Shown here: positions 38,360 to 46,673 of the stretch, piece by piece
How positions within the stretch are numbered: position 1 is the first letter of the stretch
How the letters are laid out: each line of letters begins with the position of its first letter
Assembly (NCBI GenBank): GCA_964403465.1
Contig: CAYOFY010000002.1
Span: forward strand, 1-46,673
Source of the DNA: an uncultured bacterium
GTDB taxonomy: Bacteria > Ratteibacteria > UBA8468 > B48-G9 > JAFGKM01
Direction: 5' to 3'
Length of the DNA: 46,673 nt
Notes under the pieces: generated by a model
What the model saw: only the letters and a program-made list of their open reading frames with translations
The model's database searches: none
Told to the model about the DNA's origin: nothing
Position numbers and translations under genes: made by a program

Positions 38360-39761
38360 CATCCCCGGCGTATATCTAATGAAAGGCAGGGATGGTTCCG
38401 TAATATATACGGGAAAGGCGCTATCCCTCAAGAGAAGAATTTCATCATACTTTCAGGAAGGCAAAAACGACATAAAGAATCTGGCCCTTTCCGATAGAAT
38501 AGAAGATTTTGATTTTATTCCTGTCGCCTCCGAGGCGGAAGCCCTGATCCTCGAGAATAATCTAATAAAGAAATATCGCCCCAAATATAACGTTAATCTC
38601 AAGGATGACAAGAGTTATCCTTTCGTCAAAATAACGGCTGAAAAATACCCGACCCTTCGGATTGTCAGAGAAAAAAAAGACGATAGATCTCGTTATTTCG
38701 GACCGTTCACAAATATTGAATTCCTTAGAGGGATAATAAAATTTGTCAGGAGATATTATCCTGTCAGAAATTGCAGGTATGATTTGAGAAAGAAAGTTCG
38801 TCTGTGCACACAGTATCATATAGGCAGATGTTCTGCTCCATGTGCGGGCAGGATATCCCGGAAAGAGTACAGGGGGATAGTTCGGGGAATAACCGCTTTT
38901 TTTGAAGGGGATTATCGTAAATTCATCAAGATTTTGAAAAAGCAACTCTCCGTTGCGATCAGGAACCTTGAATTTGAAAGAGCGCAGGAAATAAAAAAAC
39001 GTCTGTTCATGCTTGAGGAGATGGAAAAACGATTCCCGATCAGGGATGAAAAAACACTACTCTCGTACAGCGAGAGTAACGTTCTGCCCAACCTGAAGGA
39101 AATCTTGAAACTCGATAGAATTCCTTATCATATTGAAGGATATGATGTTTCCAATATATCCGGTATCTATTCTACAGCAAGCAGGATATCTTTCAAGGGC
39201 GGTGTGAAGGATACCCGGAACTACAGGAAATACAGGATAATCCTCAGACATGGGATAGATGACTGTGGCATGCTCATGGAAGTTCTGGCAAGAAGGTTTG
39301 GCCCTGATGAAGATGAAAAGAAATTTCCGGATCTAATCCTGGTTGATGGTGGAAAAGGCCAGCTGAATACTGCGGTCAGAGCCCTGAAAAACAGGGGGAT
39401 TGACATACCGGTGATATCACTTGCAAAAAGAAACGAGGAGATATATCGGTCCGGAGTTGCGGGTATTATCAGATTGAGCGATGACTCTCCCGAACTTCAT
39501 CTCCTGCAGGCAGTAAGGGACGAAGCCCACAGGTTTGCACTCTGCTATCACAGAAATCTGAGAGGTAAGGGAGCCCTGTCCTCCTTTCTTGATGAAATAC
39601 CAGGTATAGGGGAACGCAGAAAAAGAAAAATACTTTTTCATTTCCCTGATACGAATTCGCTTTCAAAGGCCTCTCCGCACCAACTCGTAAAGATCGGGAT
39701 ACCGGTCAAACAGGCGATAGAAGTAATCTCAAAAAGCACTGAATTGAAGGGAGATTTTTAA
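38313..39761 (+). CDS. uvrC: Excinuclease ABC subunit C
   Basis: It has a GIY-YIG domain (PGVYLMKGRDGSVIYTGKA), the Cys-rich QYHIGRCSAPCAG segment, a UVR domain, an endonuclease domain (IEGYDVSNISG, LVDGGKGQ) and a C-terminal HhH (IPGIGERRK). The start at 38313 places about 17 aa before PGVY, as in known UvrC proteins. Confidence 0.88.
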   Translation: MDKRKNLLEKLSKTPDIPGVYLMKGRDGSVIYTGKALSLKRRISSYFQEGKNDIKNLALSDRIEDFDFIPVASEAEALILENNLIKKYRPKYNVNLKDDKSYPFVKITAEKYPTLRIVREKKDDRSRYFGPFTNIEFLRGIIKFVRRYYPVRNCRYDLRKKVRLCTQYHIGRCSAPCAGRISRKEYRGIVRGITAFFEGDYRKFIKILKKQLSVAIRNLEFERAQEIKKRLFMLEEMEKRFPIRDEKTLLSYSESNVLPNLKEILKLDRIPYHIEGYDVSNISGIYSTASRISFKGGVKDTRNYRKYRIILRHGIDDCGMLMEVLARRFGPDEDEKKFPDLILVDGGKGQLNTAVRALKNRGIDIPVISLAKRNEEIYRSGVAGIIRLSDDSPELHLLQAVRDEAHRFALCYHRNLRGKGALSSFLDEIPGIGERRKRKILFHFPDTNSLSKASPHQLVKIGIPVKQAIEVISKSTELKGDF

Positions 39762-40750
39762 TGCCCAGATTCATTGACGAAGCAAAAATATGGATAAAGG
39801 CTGGAGACGGCGGTAACGGTTGTATCGCTTTCAGGAGGGAAAAATATGTTCCCAGAGGCGGGCCGTCCGGCGGGGACGGAGGCAAAGGGGCCGACATTCT
39901 GCTTGTGGCAAAAAAAGATATCCATACATTGATAGATTTCAGGTACAGAAAACACTTCAGGGCCGAGGATGGATCTCATGGAAGCGGCAGCAACAAGGAA
40001 GGAAGATCCGGCAGGAATCTTGCAATTTCCCTGCCCGTGGGAACGGTCGTTGAAGAAATCAAGGAAAGCGGGAATTCTTTCTTGGCCGATCTTGCGGAAG
40101 ACGGGGCAACTTTTCTCGCCGCACGAGGGGGTGAGGGAGGAAAAGGAAATGCCTTTTTCAAATCAGCCACAAATCAGGCACCGAGAACGGCAACAAAAGG
40201 AGTGAGCGGAGAGGAAAAGCACCTGAAACTTGAACTTAAACTTCTTGCAGACGTTGGAATAATCGGCTATCCGAACAGCGGGAAGTCAACACTTATTTCA
40301 AAAGTCTCTTCCGCAAGGCCCAAGATAGCCGATTATCCTTTCACAACAATCGCCCCGAACCTTGGCGTTGTCAAACTGGGTGAAGAGAGAAGTTTTGTTA
40401 TCGCTGATATACCGGGCATCATAGAAGGGGCGTCCGAGGGTAAAGGCCTTGGTTATCAGTTTCTGAAGCACATAGAACGGACAAAAATACTCCTGCACCT
40501 GGTGGACTTATCCGTTCCCAACCCCCTGGAAAAATATTATAATATAAGAAAAGAGATTGCCAGATACAGCAAGACCTTGTATGAGAAACCCGAGGTTATT
40601 GCGGGCAATAAGATAGACATCCCGGAATCAAAAAAGAACATTGATGTTTTCAAAGAAACATTCAGCGAGGTCTATTTTATCTCCGCAATGACGGGCAGGG
40701 GAATCAATCCTCTGATGGAAGTCGCATGGAGAAAAATCAATGAAAGTTGA
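39761..40750 (+). CDS. obg: GTPase Obg/CgtA
   Basis: It has the Obg fold motif [29 protein letters not shown] and the G1 motif GYPNSGKST, and is 329 aa. Its start shares one base with the uvrC stop. Confidence 0.92.
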   Translation: MPRFIDEAKIWIKAGDGGNGCIAFRREKYVPRGGPSGGDGGKGADILLVAKKDIHTLIDFRYRKHFRAEDGSHGSGSNKEGRSGRNLAISLPVGTVVEEIKESGNSFLADLAEDGATFLAARGGEGGKGNAFFKSATNQAPRTATKGVSGEEKHLKLELKLLADVGIIGYPNSGKSTLISKVSSARPKIADYPFTTIAPNLGVVKLGEERSFVIADIPGIIEGASEGKGLGYQFLKHIERTKILLHLVDLSVPNPLEKYYNIRKEIARYSKTLYEKPEVIAGNKIDIPESKKNIDVFKETFSEVYFISAMTGRGINPLMEVAWRKINES

Positions 40751-41852
40751 AATAGATCAGATGAAGGAGAAATATTCGCGGTTACTCTCAAATTTTGAGA
40801 AAACCAAAGAGACCTTTGGAATAAAAGGCAAGCGTGCTGAATTTTCCGCACTTGAAGAGGAACGCGCGAAAAAGGGATTCTGGAATCCGAGGGATGACAG
40901 GGAAAAAATGGACCGGTGGAACGCTTTGAGCGAAAAACTTAATGCGGTCAAAGAAATAGACAACAGACTTGAACACCTGAATACCATCATTGAACTCTTA
41001 TCTTCGGGCGAAGACGAGGAGATGGAAAGAGAGGGCGCGAGATTAATTGAGGAGATAGATAAATCAATAGCAAAGATTAAAATAAATCTCATGTGGACTG
41101 CAGAAGAGGATGCTAAGAATGCAATCATAGAATTGCATTCCGGCGCAGGAGGAACTGAGGCATGCGACTGGGTAAGTATGTTGTGGAGATTATACAGCAA
41201 GTGGTCGGCAAAAAAAGGTTTTGGTGTCAACGTGGTTGATTCTCTTCCAGGGGAAGAAGCGGGCATCAAGAGGATTACAGCCATCATATCGGGAGCATAT
41301 GCATACGGGTACCTCAAAGGCGAAAACGGTGTACACCGCCTTGTAAGAATCTCCCCTTTTGATTCAAACAAGAGGAGACATACGAGTTTCGCCGCAGTCA
41401 ATGTTATACCCGAAGTTCCCAAGGATATAAATATTGAAATCAGGGAAGAAGATATTGAGATAGATACGTACAGGGCTGGTGGCGCAGGAGGGCAGAACGT
41501 CAACAAGGTTGAAACAGCCATACGGATAAAACATTTACCCACCGGCATAGTGGTACAATGCCAGAATGAAAGGTCACAGTTCAAAAACAGGGAGCTGGCT
41601 TTAAAAATTCTTAAAAGCCGTCTGTACCAGCATGAACTTGATGAGCGGGAAAAAGCCGAGGCGGAGAGAAGGGGAGTTCAAAAAAAGATAGAGTGGGGCA
41701 GCCAGATAAGATCTTATGTGTTCTGTCCATATACAATGGTCAAGGACCACAGAACAGGATTTGAGACCGGAAACGTTGATGCGGTTATGGACGGCGAGAT
41801 AGATTCCTTTATAGAAGCAGAACTTGAATGGGTGGTGAAAGGTAAATCATAA
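40740..41852 (+). CDS. prfB: Peptide chain release factor 2, encoded in a single frame
   Basis: It has the SPF tripeptide (RISPFDS) and the GGQ motif ([13 protein letters not shown]). It is 370 aa and uninterrupted from the ATG at 40740. Confidence 0.9.
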   Translation: MKVEIDQMKEKYSRLLSNFEKTKETFGIKGKRAEFSALEEERAKKGFWNPRDDREKMDRWNALSEKLNAVKEIDNRLEHLNTIIELLSSGEDEEMEREGARLIEEIDKSIAKIKINLMWTAEEDAKNAIIELHSGAGGTEACDWVSMLWRLYSKWSAKKGFGVNVVDSLPGEEAGIKRITAIISGAYAYGYLKGENGVHRLVRISPFDSNKRRHTSFAAVNVIPEVPKDINIEIREEDIEIDTYRAGGAGGQNVNKVETAIRIKHLPTGIVVQCQNERSQFKNRELALKILKSRLYQHELDEREKAEAERRGVQKKIEWGSQIRSYVFCPYTMVKDHRTGFETGNVDAVMDGEIDSFIEAELEWVVKGKS

Positions 41853-41853
41853 C

Positions 41854-41952
41854 CCCTCAGAAGAGGGAAAAGGTTGAGATTGCCACGCCCCCTAAAAAAA
41901 TCGGGGCTCGCAACGACAAAAATCGTCGGTTCCCCGCAAATAAAAAACGGGG
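41854..41952 (+). promoter_or_regulatory. Series of short GC-clamped hairpins with A-rich loops in the prfB-coaB spacer (copy 2 of the recurring element)
   Basis: The hairpins are CCCTC-AGAA-GAGGG (41854-41867), GCCCC...GGGGC (41887-41891 with 41903-41907), CGAC...GTCG (41914-41917 with 41925-41928) and CCCCG...CGGGG (41932-41936 with 41948-41952). None is followed by a T-tract. Confidence 0.4.
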
Positions 41953-41964
41953 CAAGCGGGATAA

Positions 41965-42579
41965 ATGAAAATACTCGTTAGCGCAGGTCCAACAAGGGAA
42001 TACATGGACCCGGTAAGGTTCATAAGCAATCCTTCAACGGGACGCATGGGTTATCTGATTGCGGAGGAATGCGTGAAAAATGGACATGAAGTTACCCTTG
42101 TCAGCGGTCCCACCCATCTTGAACCGCCGAAGGGAGTCAAGATTTTTCACGTTGAAACGGCAATACAGATGTTGGAGGCCATATTGTCTGCATTCCCGAA
42201 GTCCCACATGCTCATCATGACAGCAGCTGTGAGCGACTGGAAACCTCACAAGAAAAACTCCCAAAAAATAAAGCAAAAAAATACCTGGAAACTTAAACTT
42301 ATACCCAATCCAGATATCCTGAAAGAGGTGGCCAGAATCAGAAAGCAGCAAATTGTTATAGGATTTGCCCTTGAAACAGATAATATGATAAGAAACGCCG
42401 AAAAGAAGATGAAAGAGAAAAAACTTGATTTAATCGTTGCGGACACCCCTGACTTTTTTACTGAAAAGCCATCAAGAACCATCTTTGTGCATGGGGACGG
42501 TAGGATTGAAAAGTTCAGAAGAATGAAAAAAGAAGATGTTGCAAGAAAAATAATTGAATTCATAAGGGGTTTGAAATGA
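41965..42579 (+). CDS. coaB: Phosphopantothenate--cysteine ligase, stand-alone CoaB domain
   Basis: ILVSAGPTREYMDPVRFISNPSTGRMGYLIAEE and AAVSDWKP match the CoaB half of CoaBC. It is 204 aa with no flavoprotein (CoaC) domain. Confidence 0.8.
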   Translation: MKILVSAGPTREYMDPVRFISNPSTGRMGYLIAEECVKNGHEVTLVSGPTHLEPPKGVKIFHVETAIQMLEAILSAFPKSHMLIMTAAVSDWKPHKKNSQKIKQKNTWKLKLIPNPDILKEVARIRKQQIVIGFALETDNMIRNAEKKMKEKKLDLIVADTPDFFTEKPSRTIFVHGDGRIEKFRRMKKEDVARKIIEFIRGLK

Positions 42580-43295
42580 AAAATGCAAATATTACCTGTA
42601 CTGACGGACTTTTCCTTCTGGATAATATCCCTTTCAGCATTGATGCTGAGAAGGCAGCCGACACACTCAGGATTTCAAGGGATTCTGAAGATTCTGATTC
42701 GTTGAAGGATTTGCTCAGAGAAGCAGAAATTACGGGAGCACCTAAGGCAGTTTACAGAGTTTCCTATATAGACGAAAGAACCGGGGATACGGTGGTCATC
42801 GGGGGAAAAAAGTTTAAGAGCAGGGTTTTGAGCGTAAACCTTGAAAAGGCACACAGGGTTTTTCCCTATGTCATGACATGCGGCATAGAACTTGAGGAAT
42901 GGTCTAAAACTCATCACGACCCCCTTTTCGCCTATCTTGCAGACCATATAAAAAAAGCAGCTCTGGCCGCGGCCACAAAATTTGCACGCGATTATATAAA
43001 AGGAACCTACCATCTTTCAAAATTTTCCACAATGGCTCCCGGCTCGCTTGAAGACTGGCCAATAGAACAGCAGAAACCGCTTTTTGAATTACTGGGCAAC
43101 GTCAAGGAGACCGCGGGCGTTGTTCTTACAGATAGTTTTCTCATGCTTCCGACAAAATCCATATCCGGGATTATCTTTCCGACAGAGACGTCGTTTGAAA
43201 GCTGCATGCTGTGCCCGCGTGAAAAGTGCATTGGAAGACGCGCTCCCTACAACGAAAAGTTATACCAGGAAAGATACAGAAAACAGATAACATGA
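42576..43295 (+). CDS. Stand-alone protein resembling the methionine synthase (MetH) activation/AdoMet-binding domain
   Basis: The C-terminal pattern MAPGSLEDWPIEQQKPLFELLG...GVVLTDSFLMLPTKSISGIIFP resembles the Met_synt_B12 domain. The terminal cysteine cluster is CMLCPREKC. An ATGA overlap couples it to coaB. Confidence 0.55.
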   Translation: MKNANITCTDGLFLLDNIPFSIDAEKAADTLRISRDSEDSDSLKDLLREAEITGAPKAVYRVSYIDERTGDTVVIGGKKFKSRVLSVNLEKAHRVFPYVMTCGIELEEWSKTHHDPLFAYLADHIKKAALAAATKFARDYIKGTYHLSKFSTMAPGSLEDWPIEQQKPLFELLGNVKETAGVVLTDSFLMLPTKSISGIIFPTETSFESCMLCPREKCIGRRAPYNEKLYQERYRKQIT

Positions 43296-43350
43296 TGAAT
43301 AAAAAGCGATAATGATTTATAACAACGACAGCAATACATTTTTATTCATC
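43294..43350. repeat. Perfect 12-bp AT-rich inverted repeat
   Basis: GATGAATAAAAA (43294-43305) and TTTTTATTCATC (43339-43350) are separated by a 33-nt loop. The left arm overlaps the stop codon of the preceding gene. Confidence 0.6.
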
Positions 43351-43369
43351 AAATGGAAGCGGATGTTTC

Positions 43370-43398
43370 TTGAGCAAAAACGACAGGCAAAATATAAG
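43370..43398 (+). promoter_or_regulatory. Candidate sigma70-type promoter for the beta-helix/amidohydrolase pair
   Basis: TTGAGC (43370-43375) is followed by a 17-nt spacer and TATAAG (43393-43398). The SD AGGAGG and the ATG at 43431 lie downstream. Confidence 0.35.
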
Positions 43399-43430
43399 AG
43401 AATCTGCAAGACTATTGGATAGGAGGAAAA

Positions 43431-44645
43431 ATGCGCATTATGAAAATTTCCCTTCTCCTGACAGGAATTCTATTCCTTATATGTTTTATTGAAAACACCT
43501 CTGCGGAAAATGGTTCAGAATCTCAGGGCCTGCCCGATATCTCTGAATACAACTATCTGCCTACCGGCAAGGAACCCATGGGTCCTGCCGGACCTCTCCC
43601 GCAAAGCGGATGGGCTCCGCCGGTTAACGATGTCCTGAACGTCCGCGAACTTGGAGCAAAAGGCGACGGAGTCACCGATGACACAAAGGTTCTTCAGCAA
43701 ATATTTAAAAACGTGGATCACGGGCAGATAATCTTCTTCCCTGCCGGCAAGTACCTGATTTCAGATACTCTTAAACTCAACTACCGTTTTGGCGTGCGAA
43801 TAGTAATGCACGGCGGTTTCCGTTCAAACAACCTGCGGACGGCCGACTGCAGGGGCATCTTCTGGGATTCAAAAGGACCGCAGGACCGGCCCATGATGCT
43901 GGTTTACGACTGCAGCCAGATAGTATTTGACGGCCTGAAACTTGACGGCGGGGGGAGGGCTCAGGATGGATTGATTCTGGACGCCTACAGTAGCAGCAGC
44001 GGTTTCAGAGGCGATAACGTACACATCCGAAGCTGTGCCAGGTACGGGCTTCGCATTGCCACGTGGCGCGAAAACCATCCGGCAGGCGGACCCCAGGTTG
44101 ATGTTATTGCTTTCCGAAACAGCAAGTTTACAAATTGCGGGAGTGAAAAAGGAACGGACGATGCACAGATGACCGTGGAATCCGCCCAGGCACTGATCAT
44201 TCTCTTTGACACCTGTGAGTTTGCCAGCGGGAAGTATGGGGAATACAACGTTTATATACGGGGAGGGAAACCGTATTTTCTCAATGCCTGTTTCCTGGCC
44301 AGTTCCGGCACAAAAGCCAATATTTTCATCGGCAATAATTACACGGCCGGAGTGAGTGTCTATATGGCACACAGCGAAGGGCTGGGCCCTGACGGTTATT
44401 TTCTATATGTTGACAGACCCCAGCCAGGCGGTGTTACCTGGGCAACCCTGGAAAATATTGGCGCTGCGGGAAAGGTCTTCTTCAACGTCCCTGAATCAAT
44501 ACAGATTTCCAACAGCGCGTTGCGTGATATAGAAATACCATGCGCTGACGCGAAAGTGGTTCTTTCCAACTTGAGGGTTCAGGGTAAGGTGACTCTTGGG
44601 ACTGATAAAGTTTCCCTGACCAACGTGGTTGAATTACCCAGATGA
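43431..44645 (+). CDS. Secreted right-handed beta-helix protein (pectate-lyase-superfamily / GH28-GH55-like)
   Basis: It has a signal peptide (MRIMKISLLLTGILFLICFIENTSA) and the hallmark N-terminal motif NVRELGAKGDGVTDDTKVLQQIF of Pectate_lyase_3-type beta-helix proteins. Length is 404 aa. Confidence 0.65.
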   Translation: MRIMKISLLLTGILFLICFIENTSAENGSESQGLPDISEYNYLPTGKEPMGPAGPLPQSGWAPPVNDVLNVRELGAKGDGVTDDTKVLQQIFKNVDHGQIIFFPAGKYLISDTLKLNYRFGVRIVMHGGFRSNNLRTADCRGIFWDSKGPQDRPMMLVYDCSQIVFDGLKLDGGGRAQDGLILDAYSSSSGFRGDNVHIRSCARYGLRIATWRENHPAGGPQVDVIAFRNSKFTNCGSEKGTDDAQMTVESAQALIILFDTCEFASGKYGEYNVYIRGGKPYFLNACFLASSGTKANIFIGNNYTAGVSVYMAHSEGLGPDGYFLYVDRPQPGGVTWATLENIGAAGKVFFNVPESIQISNSALRDIEIPCADAKVVLSNLRVQGKVTLGTDKVSLTNVVELPR

Positions 44646-45676
44646 ATTCATGCAGTACCGGCGCAATGAATATAAGAATAGAAAAAGTGGATAGGGCAGT
44701 ATGGAATAATGAACTGAAAAGTTTTCTTCCGGATGAACTCTTTGATTTCCACAGCCATATTTTCAGGTTAAAAGACCTGCCTGCATCTGCGCCAAAGAGA
44801 TTTGGACTATTTAAAAAATTGCCGTTATACGGGATAAGAAAACAGATAGAATATAATAACGTCCTTTTCCCGGCAAAGAACGTTTCTTTCCTTGTTACCG
44901 GCTGGCCGTATCCCGGCAGCAATCTGATGAGACAGAATGACTTTGTTTACCGTCAGACACAGATATTCAAAAATTGCAAACGTCTCCTGCTTATTTCACC
45001 GGAAATGAGCAATGATTACATACTTGAGGAGGTTGAAGAAAGAAGGGCTGTTGGTTTCAAACCCTATAAATGTTTTTCACGCAGAAATTCCGAAAATTCA
45101 AGGATAACCGACTTCCTTACCGAAAAACAGATATCAATAGCAGATAGATATAAACTTGTTGTTACGCTGCACCTCTCCCGGAAGGCAGGGATAGCTGACA
45201 TGACGAATTTCAACGACGTACTGAGGCTGTCCGACAGGTACCCCAATGCCCGCTGGAACCTTGCCCACTGCGGCCGCTCCTTCATGTCGGCTCATCTTGA
45301 AATTATTTCTCACAAACTTTTGGAATTCAAAGACAGGGAAATATATTTTGACATCTCCGCAGTATCAGATACCGATGTTTTTCAGCTCCTGCTTACCGAG
45401 ATAGGCGCATCAAAAATTCTTTATGGAAGCGATAATCCCGTGGGACTTTTAAGAGGAAAATGTCTTGGCCTGGGATACGACTGGCTTTTCGTTACCGAAG
45501 ATAGATTCCGATTTGCAGAAATGAAGGAATCCTTCGGAACCATAAAGCCGACATTTCTTCTCTACGAACAGCTGCGTTCTTTGAGAACGGCATGCCACAG
45601 GGCAGCCCTCCTAAAAAAAGACATTGATAATATCTTTTTCAATAATTCAAAACGACTCCTCTCCGCCACATTTTGA
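44642..45676 (+). CDS. Metal-dependent amidohydrolase-superfamily TIM-barrel protein (amidohydrolase_2-like)
   Basis: It has the HxH motif (DFHSHIF), later LHLSR and NLAHCG, and LYGSDNP near the C-terminus. An ATGA overlap couples it to the upstream gene. Length is 344 aa. Confidence 0.6.
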   Translation: MNSCSTGAMNIRIEKVDRAVWNNELKSFLPDELFDFHSHIFRLKDLPASAPKRFGLFKKLPLYGIRKQIEYNNVLFPAKNVSFLVTGWPYPGSNLMRQNDFVYRQTQIFKNCKRLLLISPEMSNDYILEEVEERRAVGFKPYKCFSRRNSENSRITDFLTEKQISIADRYKLVVTLHLSRKAGIADMTNFNDVLRLSDRYPNARWNLAHCGRSFMSAHLEIISHKLLEFKDREIYFDISAVSDTDVFQLLLTEIGASKILYGSDNPVGLLRGKCLGLGYDWLFVTEDRFRFAEMKESFGTIKPTFLLYEQLRSLRTACHRAALLKKDIDNIFFNNSKRLLSATF

Positions 45677-45690
45677 GCACAAAAAATTGC

Positions 45691-45719
45691 TTGACAAAAA
45701 TATTATTTTATGTTAGGAA
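45691..45719 (+). promoter_or_regulatory. Possible promoter for the pilin-like gene
   Basis: A perfect TTGACA lies at 45691-45696, but the hexamer 17 nt downstream is only TAGGAA (45714-45719). Confidence 0.25.
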
Positions 45720-45865
45720 TTAAGAAAACGAAAAGGATGCAAGAAACTGACTATTTATCTTATTCCTTTCTCTCCTCTGCCATGGGCATGATAAACAAAT
45801 TGAATAGAAAAGACCGGGGTTACCACATACAGATAGCGGGGAAGAACGAAACAAAAAGGAGGAGG

Positions 45866-46507
45866 ATGAAAATGTCGAGAAAAAGAAGCGGATTCACTCT
45901 GATAGAGCTGCTTGTGGTAATTGCAATCATAGCCATTCTTGCGGCGATGCTGCTTCCGGCACTGGCAAGAGCACAGGAGTTAAAAAACATTGTAACCGAT
46001 GGAGGATTTGAAGAGGTAAGGGAAATAATAATAAGTTCAGACCAGTATTTTTTCAGAGCGCTTGATGAAGGCATAGAACTGACAAGAGACGGTCCCTTTG
46101 TTATCATTCCTTCCACCTTTTCCCTTTTCTGCGGTGCAAAAAAACTCAAAGTAATGGAAGGGGAGCCCGGGAAAGAAGTTCACACTGGTAGGCGAGCAAT
46201 TCTGCTGACCGGCAGTTTTTACATTCGCGCCGGCTGTGAAGCAGAAACAGGTGATGTATTCATAGCAAGATTTTATGCAAAGGGCAAGGGGACGGCAAGG
46301 GTTATTCTTCATCTGACAAATAAGGAGGGACAATATTACAACCAGGGGGTTCCCAATCCAGTGCCCGTAGATACTGATGAATGGAAGCTTATTGAACAAC
46401 GTATTGAAACGAACGATAAACCCAATCTGGCGAGAGTTGGTGCAAGACTTGATACAACAGGAGAGGTTTACATTGACGACCTGGTTATCGTAAAGGAACC
46501 AAGATAG
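45866..46507 (+). CDS. Prepilin-type N-terminal cleavage/methylation-domain protein with a CBM4_9-like carbohydrate-binding domain
   Basis: [25 protein letters not shown] is the classical type IV pilin / T2SS pseudopilin leader. The remainder begins [10 protein letters not shown] and ends [12 protein letters not shown], as in CBM4_9-type beta-sandwiches. The start is the ATG at 45866 or 45872, after AGGAGGAGG. The tracked start at 45710 adds an implausibly long leader. Confidence 0.7.
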   Translation: MKMSRKRSGFTLIELLVVIAIIAILAAMLLPALARAQELKNIVTDGGFEEVREIIISSDQYFFRALDEGIELTRDGPFVIIPSTFSLFCGAKKLKVMEGEPGKEVHTGRRAILLTGSFYIRAGCEAETGDVFIARFYAKGKGTARVILHLTNKEGQYYNQGVPNPVPVDTDEWKLIEQRIETNDKPNLARVGARLDTTGEVYIDDLVIVKEPR

Positions 46508-46551
46508 AAACGCCTACCCTTTTTAAAACGCAAAATCAATGGAGGTTTAAA

Positions 46552-46673
46552 ATGAAACGGCTTATTAAATTTGTTCTGGCTATATTCTACCTATCTTCCT
46601 TTTGTTTTGCCGCGGATATGGAATTTCCCGGCTGGCAGCCGTACGACAAACTCACGGGCGCGCTTGTTACTCC
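46552..46673 (+). CDS. Secreted protein, N-terminal fragment only; it continues beyond the window
   Basis: The SD GGAGG (46541-46545) lies 6 nt before the ATG at 46552. My translation is MKRLIKFVLAIFYLSSFCFAADMEFPGWQPYDKLTGALVT, with a signal-peptide-like start. The frame is open to the window end. Confidence 0.5.
   Translation, partial: MKRLIKFVLAIFYLSSFCFAADMEFPGWQPYDKLTGALVT

Noticed and set aside
40740-40830. The programmed +1 frameshift site expected in prfB.
   Set aside because: The RF2 N-terminus is continuous in one frame from the ATG at 40740 and there is no in-frame UGA. Some lineages are known to lack the frameshift, so this is not an anomaly.
40757-41584. A 275-aa ORF antisense to prfB. 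Similar long antisense ORFs lie at 10448-11317, 4025-4774, 6394-7026, 26433-27074, 1285-1782 and 33760-34173.
   Set aside because: All lie entirely inside well-supported genes on the other strand. Their composition is low-complexity and rich in Ser, Leu and Phe, as expected from the complement of purine-rich codons. They have no recognisable motifs or ribosome-binding sites. I treat them as shadow ORFs.
41853-41964. A tRNA or other small RNA gene in the prfB-coaB spacer. The other spacers of 110-190 nt were considered for the same reason.
   Set aside because: No cloverleaf can be drawn and no T-loop GTTCGAATC-like box is present. The hairpins are too short (4-5 bp). I keep the region as a structured regulatory or repeat element instead.
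45710-45865. A long N-terminal extension of the pilin-like ORF.
   Set aside because: Prepilin leaders are short. A strong AGGAGGAGG site sits immediately before the ATGs at 45866 and 45872.
1-46673. CRISPR arrays, transposases or integrases, prophage genes and defence or toxin-antitoxin modules.
   Set aside because: I saw no regularly spaced direct repeats. No ORF translation showed DDE transposase, tyrosine or serine recombinase, reverse transcriptase, or typical toxin or nuclease hallmarks. Gene content and tight same-strand packing indicate core chromosome.

Overview
The window is a gene-dense bacterial chromosomal segment with about 45 protein-coding genes. Most have Shine-Dalgarno sites, and many are coupled by ATGA or TAATG overlaps. 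I found no rRNA, tRNA, CRISPR array, transposase, integrase or recognisable defence or toxin-antitoxin genes. The content is mostly housekeeping: a tryptophan cluster (trpD, trpC, trpB2, trpF, trpB, trpA), a threonine cluster (hom, thrC, an iPGM-like gene, thrB), a Trk potassium uptake operon, a DUF486-mgtA-miaB operon, an aldolase/kinase pair, and a long co-directional array (csgG-like, coaX, birA, corC, lysS, murJ, M50 protease, DUF1844, uvrC, obg, prfB, coaB). Glycan-degradation genes are interspersed: GH95-like, GH36-like, a six-hairpin glycoside hydrolase, a beta-helix protein, an amidohydrolase and a prepilin-leader CBM protein. The prepilin-type GFTLIELL leader and the gene mix suggest an uncultured PVC-like or related lineage, but that is only a guess. 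No clear-cut novel system is visible. The items most worth following up are: (1) a CsgG-family lipoprotein fused to an extra C-terminal domain and lacking curli partners; (2) a structured two-hairpin element present in two unrelated intergenic spacers, upstream of trpB2 and coaB; (3) an unannotated 46-codon hydrophobic ORF translationally coupled between trkA and trkH; (4) an unusually organised trp cluster, with an embedded secreted TPR protein, both TrpB2 and TrpB1, and trpB/trpA split by an opposite-strand URO-D-family gene; (5) an iPGM-like gene between thrC and a classical thrB; (6) a frameshifted CPA2 antiporter; (7) promoter geometry suggesting leaderless mRNAs. All calls rest on reading the ORF translations and the DNA by eye. 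No database search was run.
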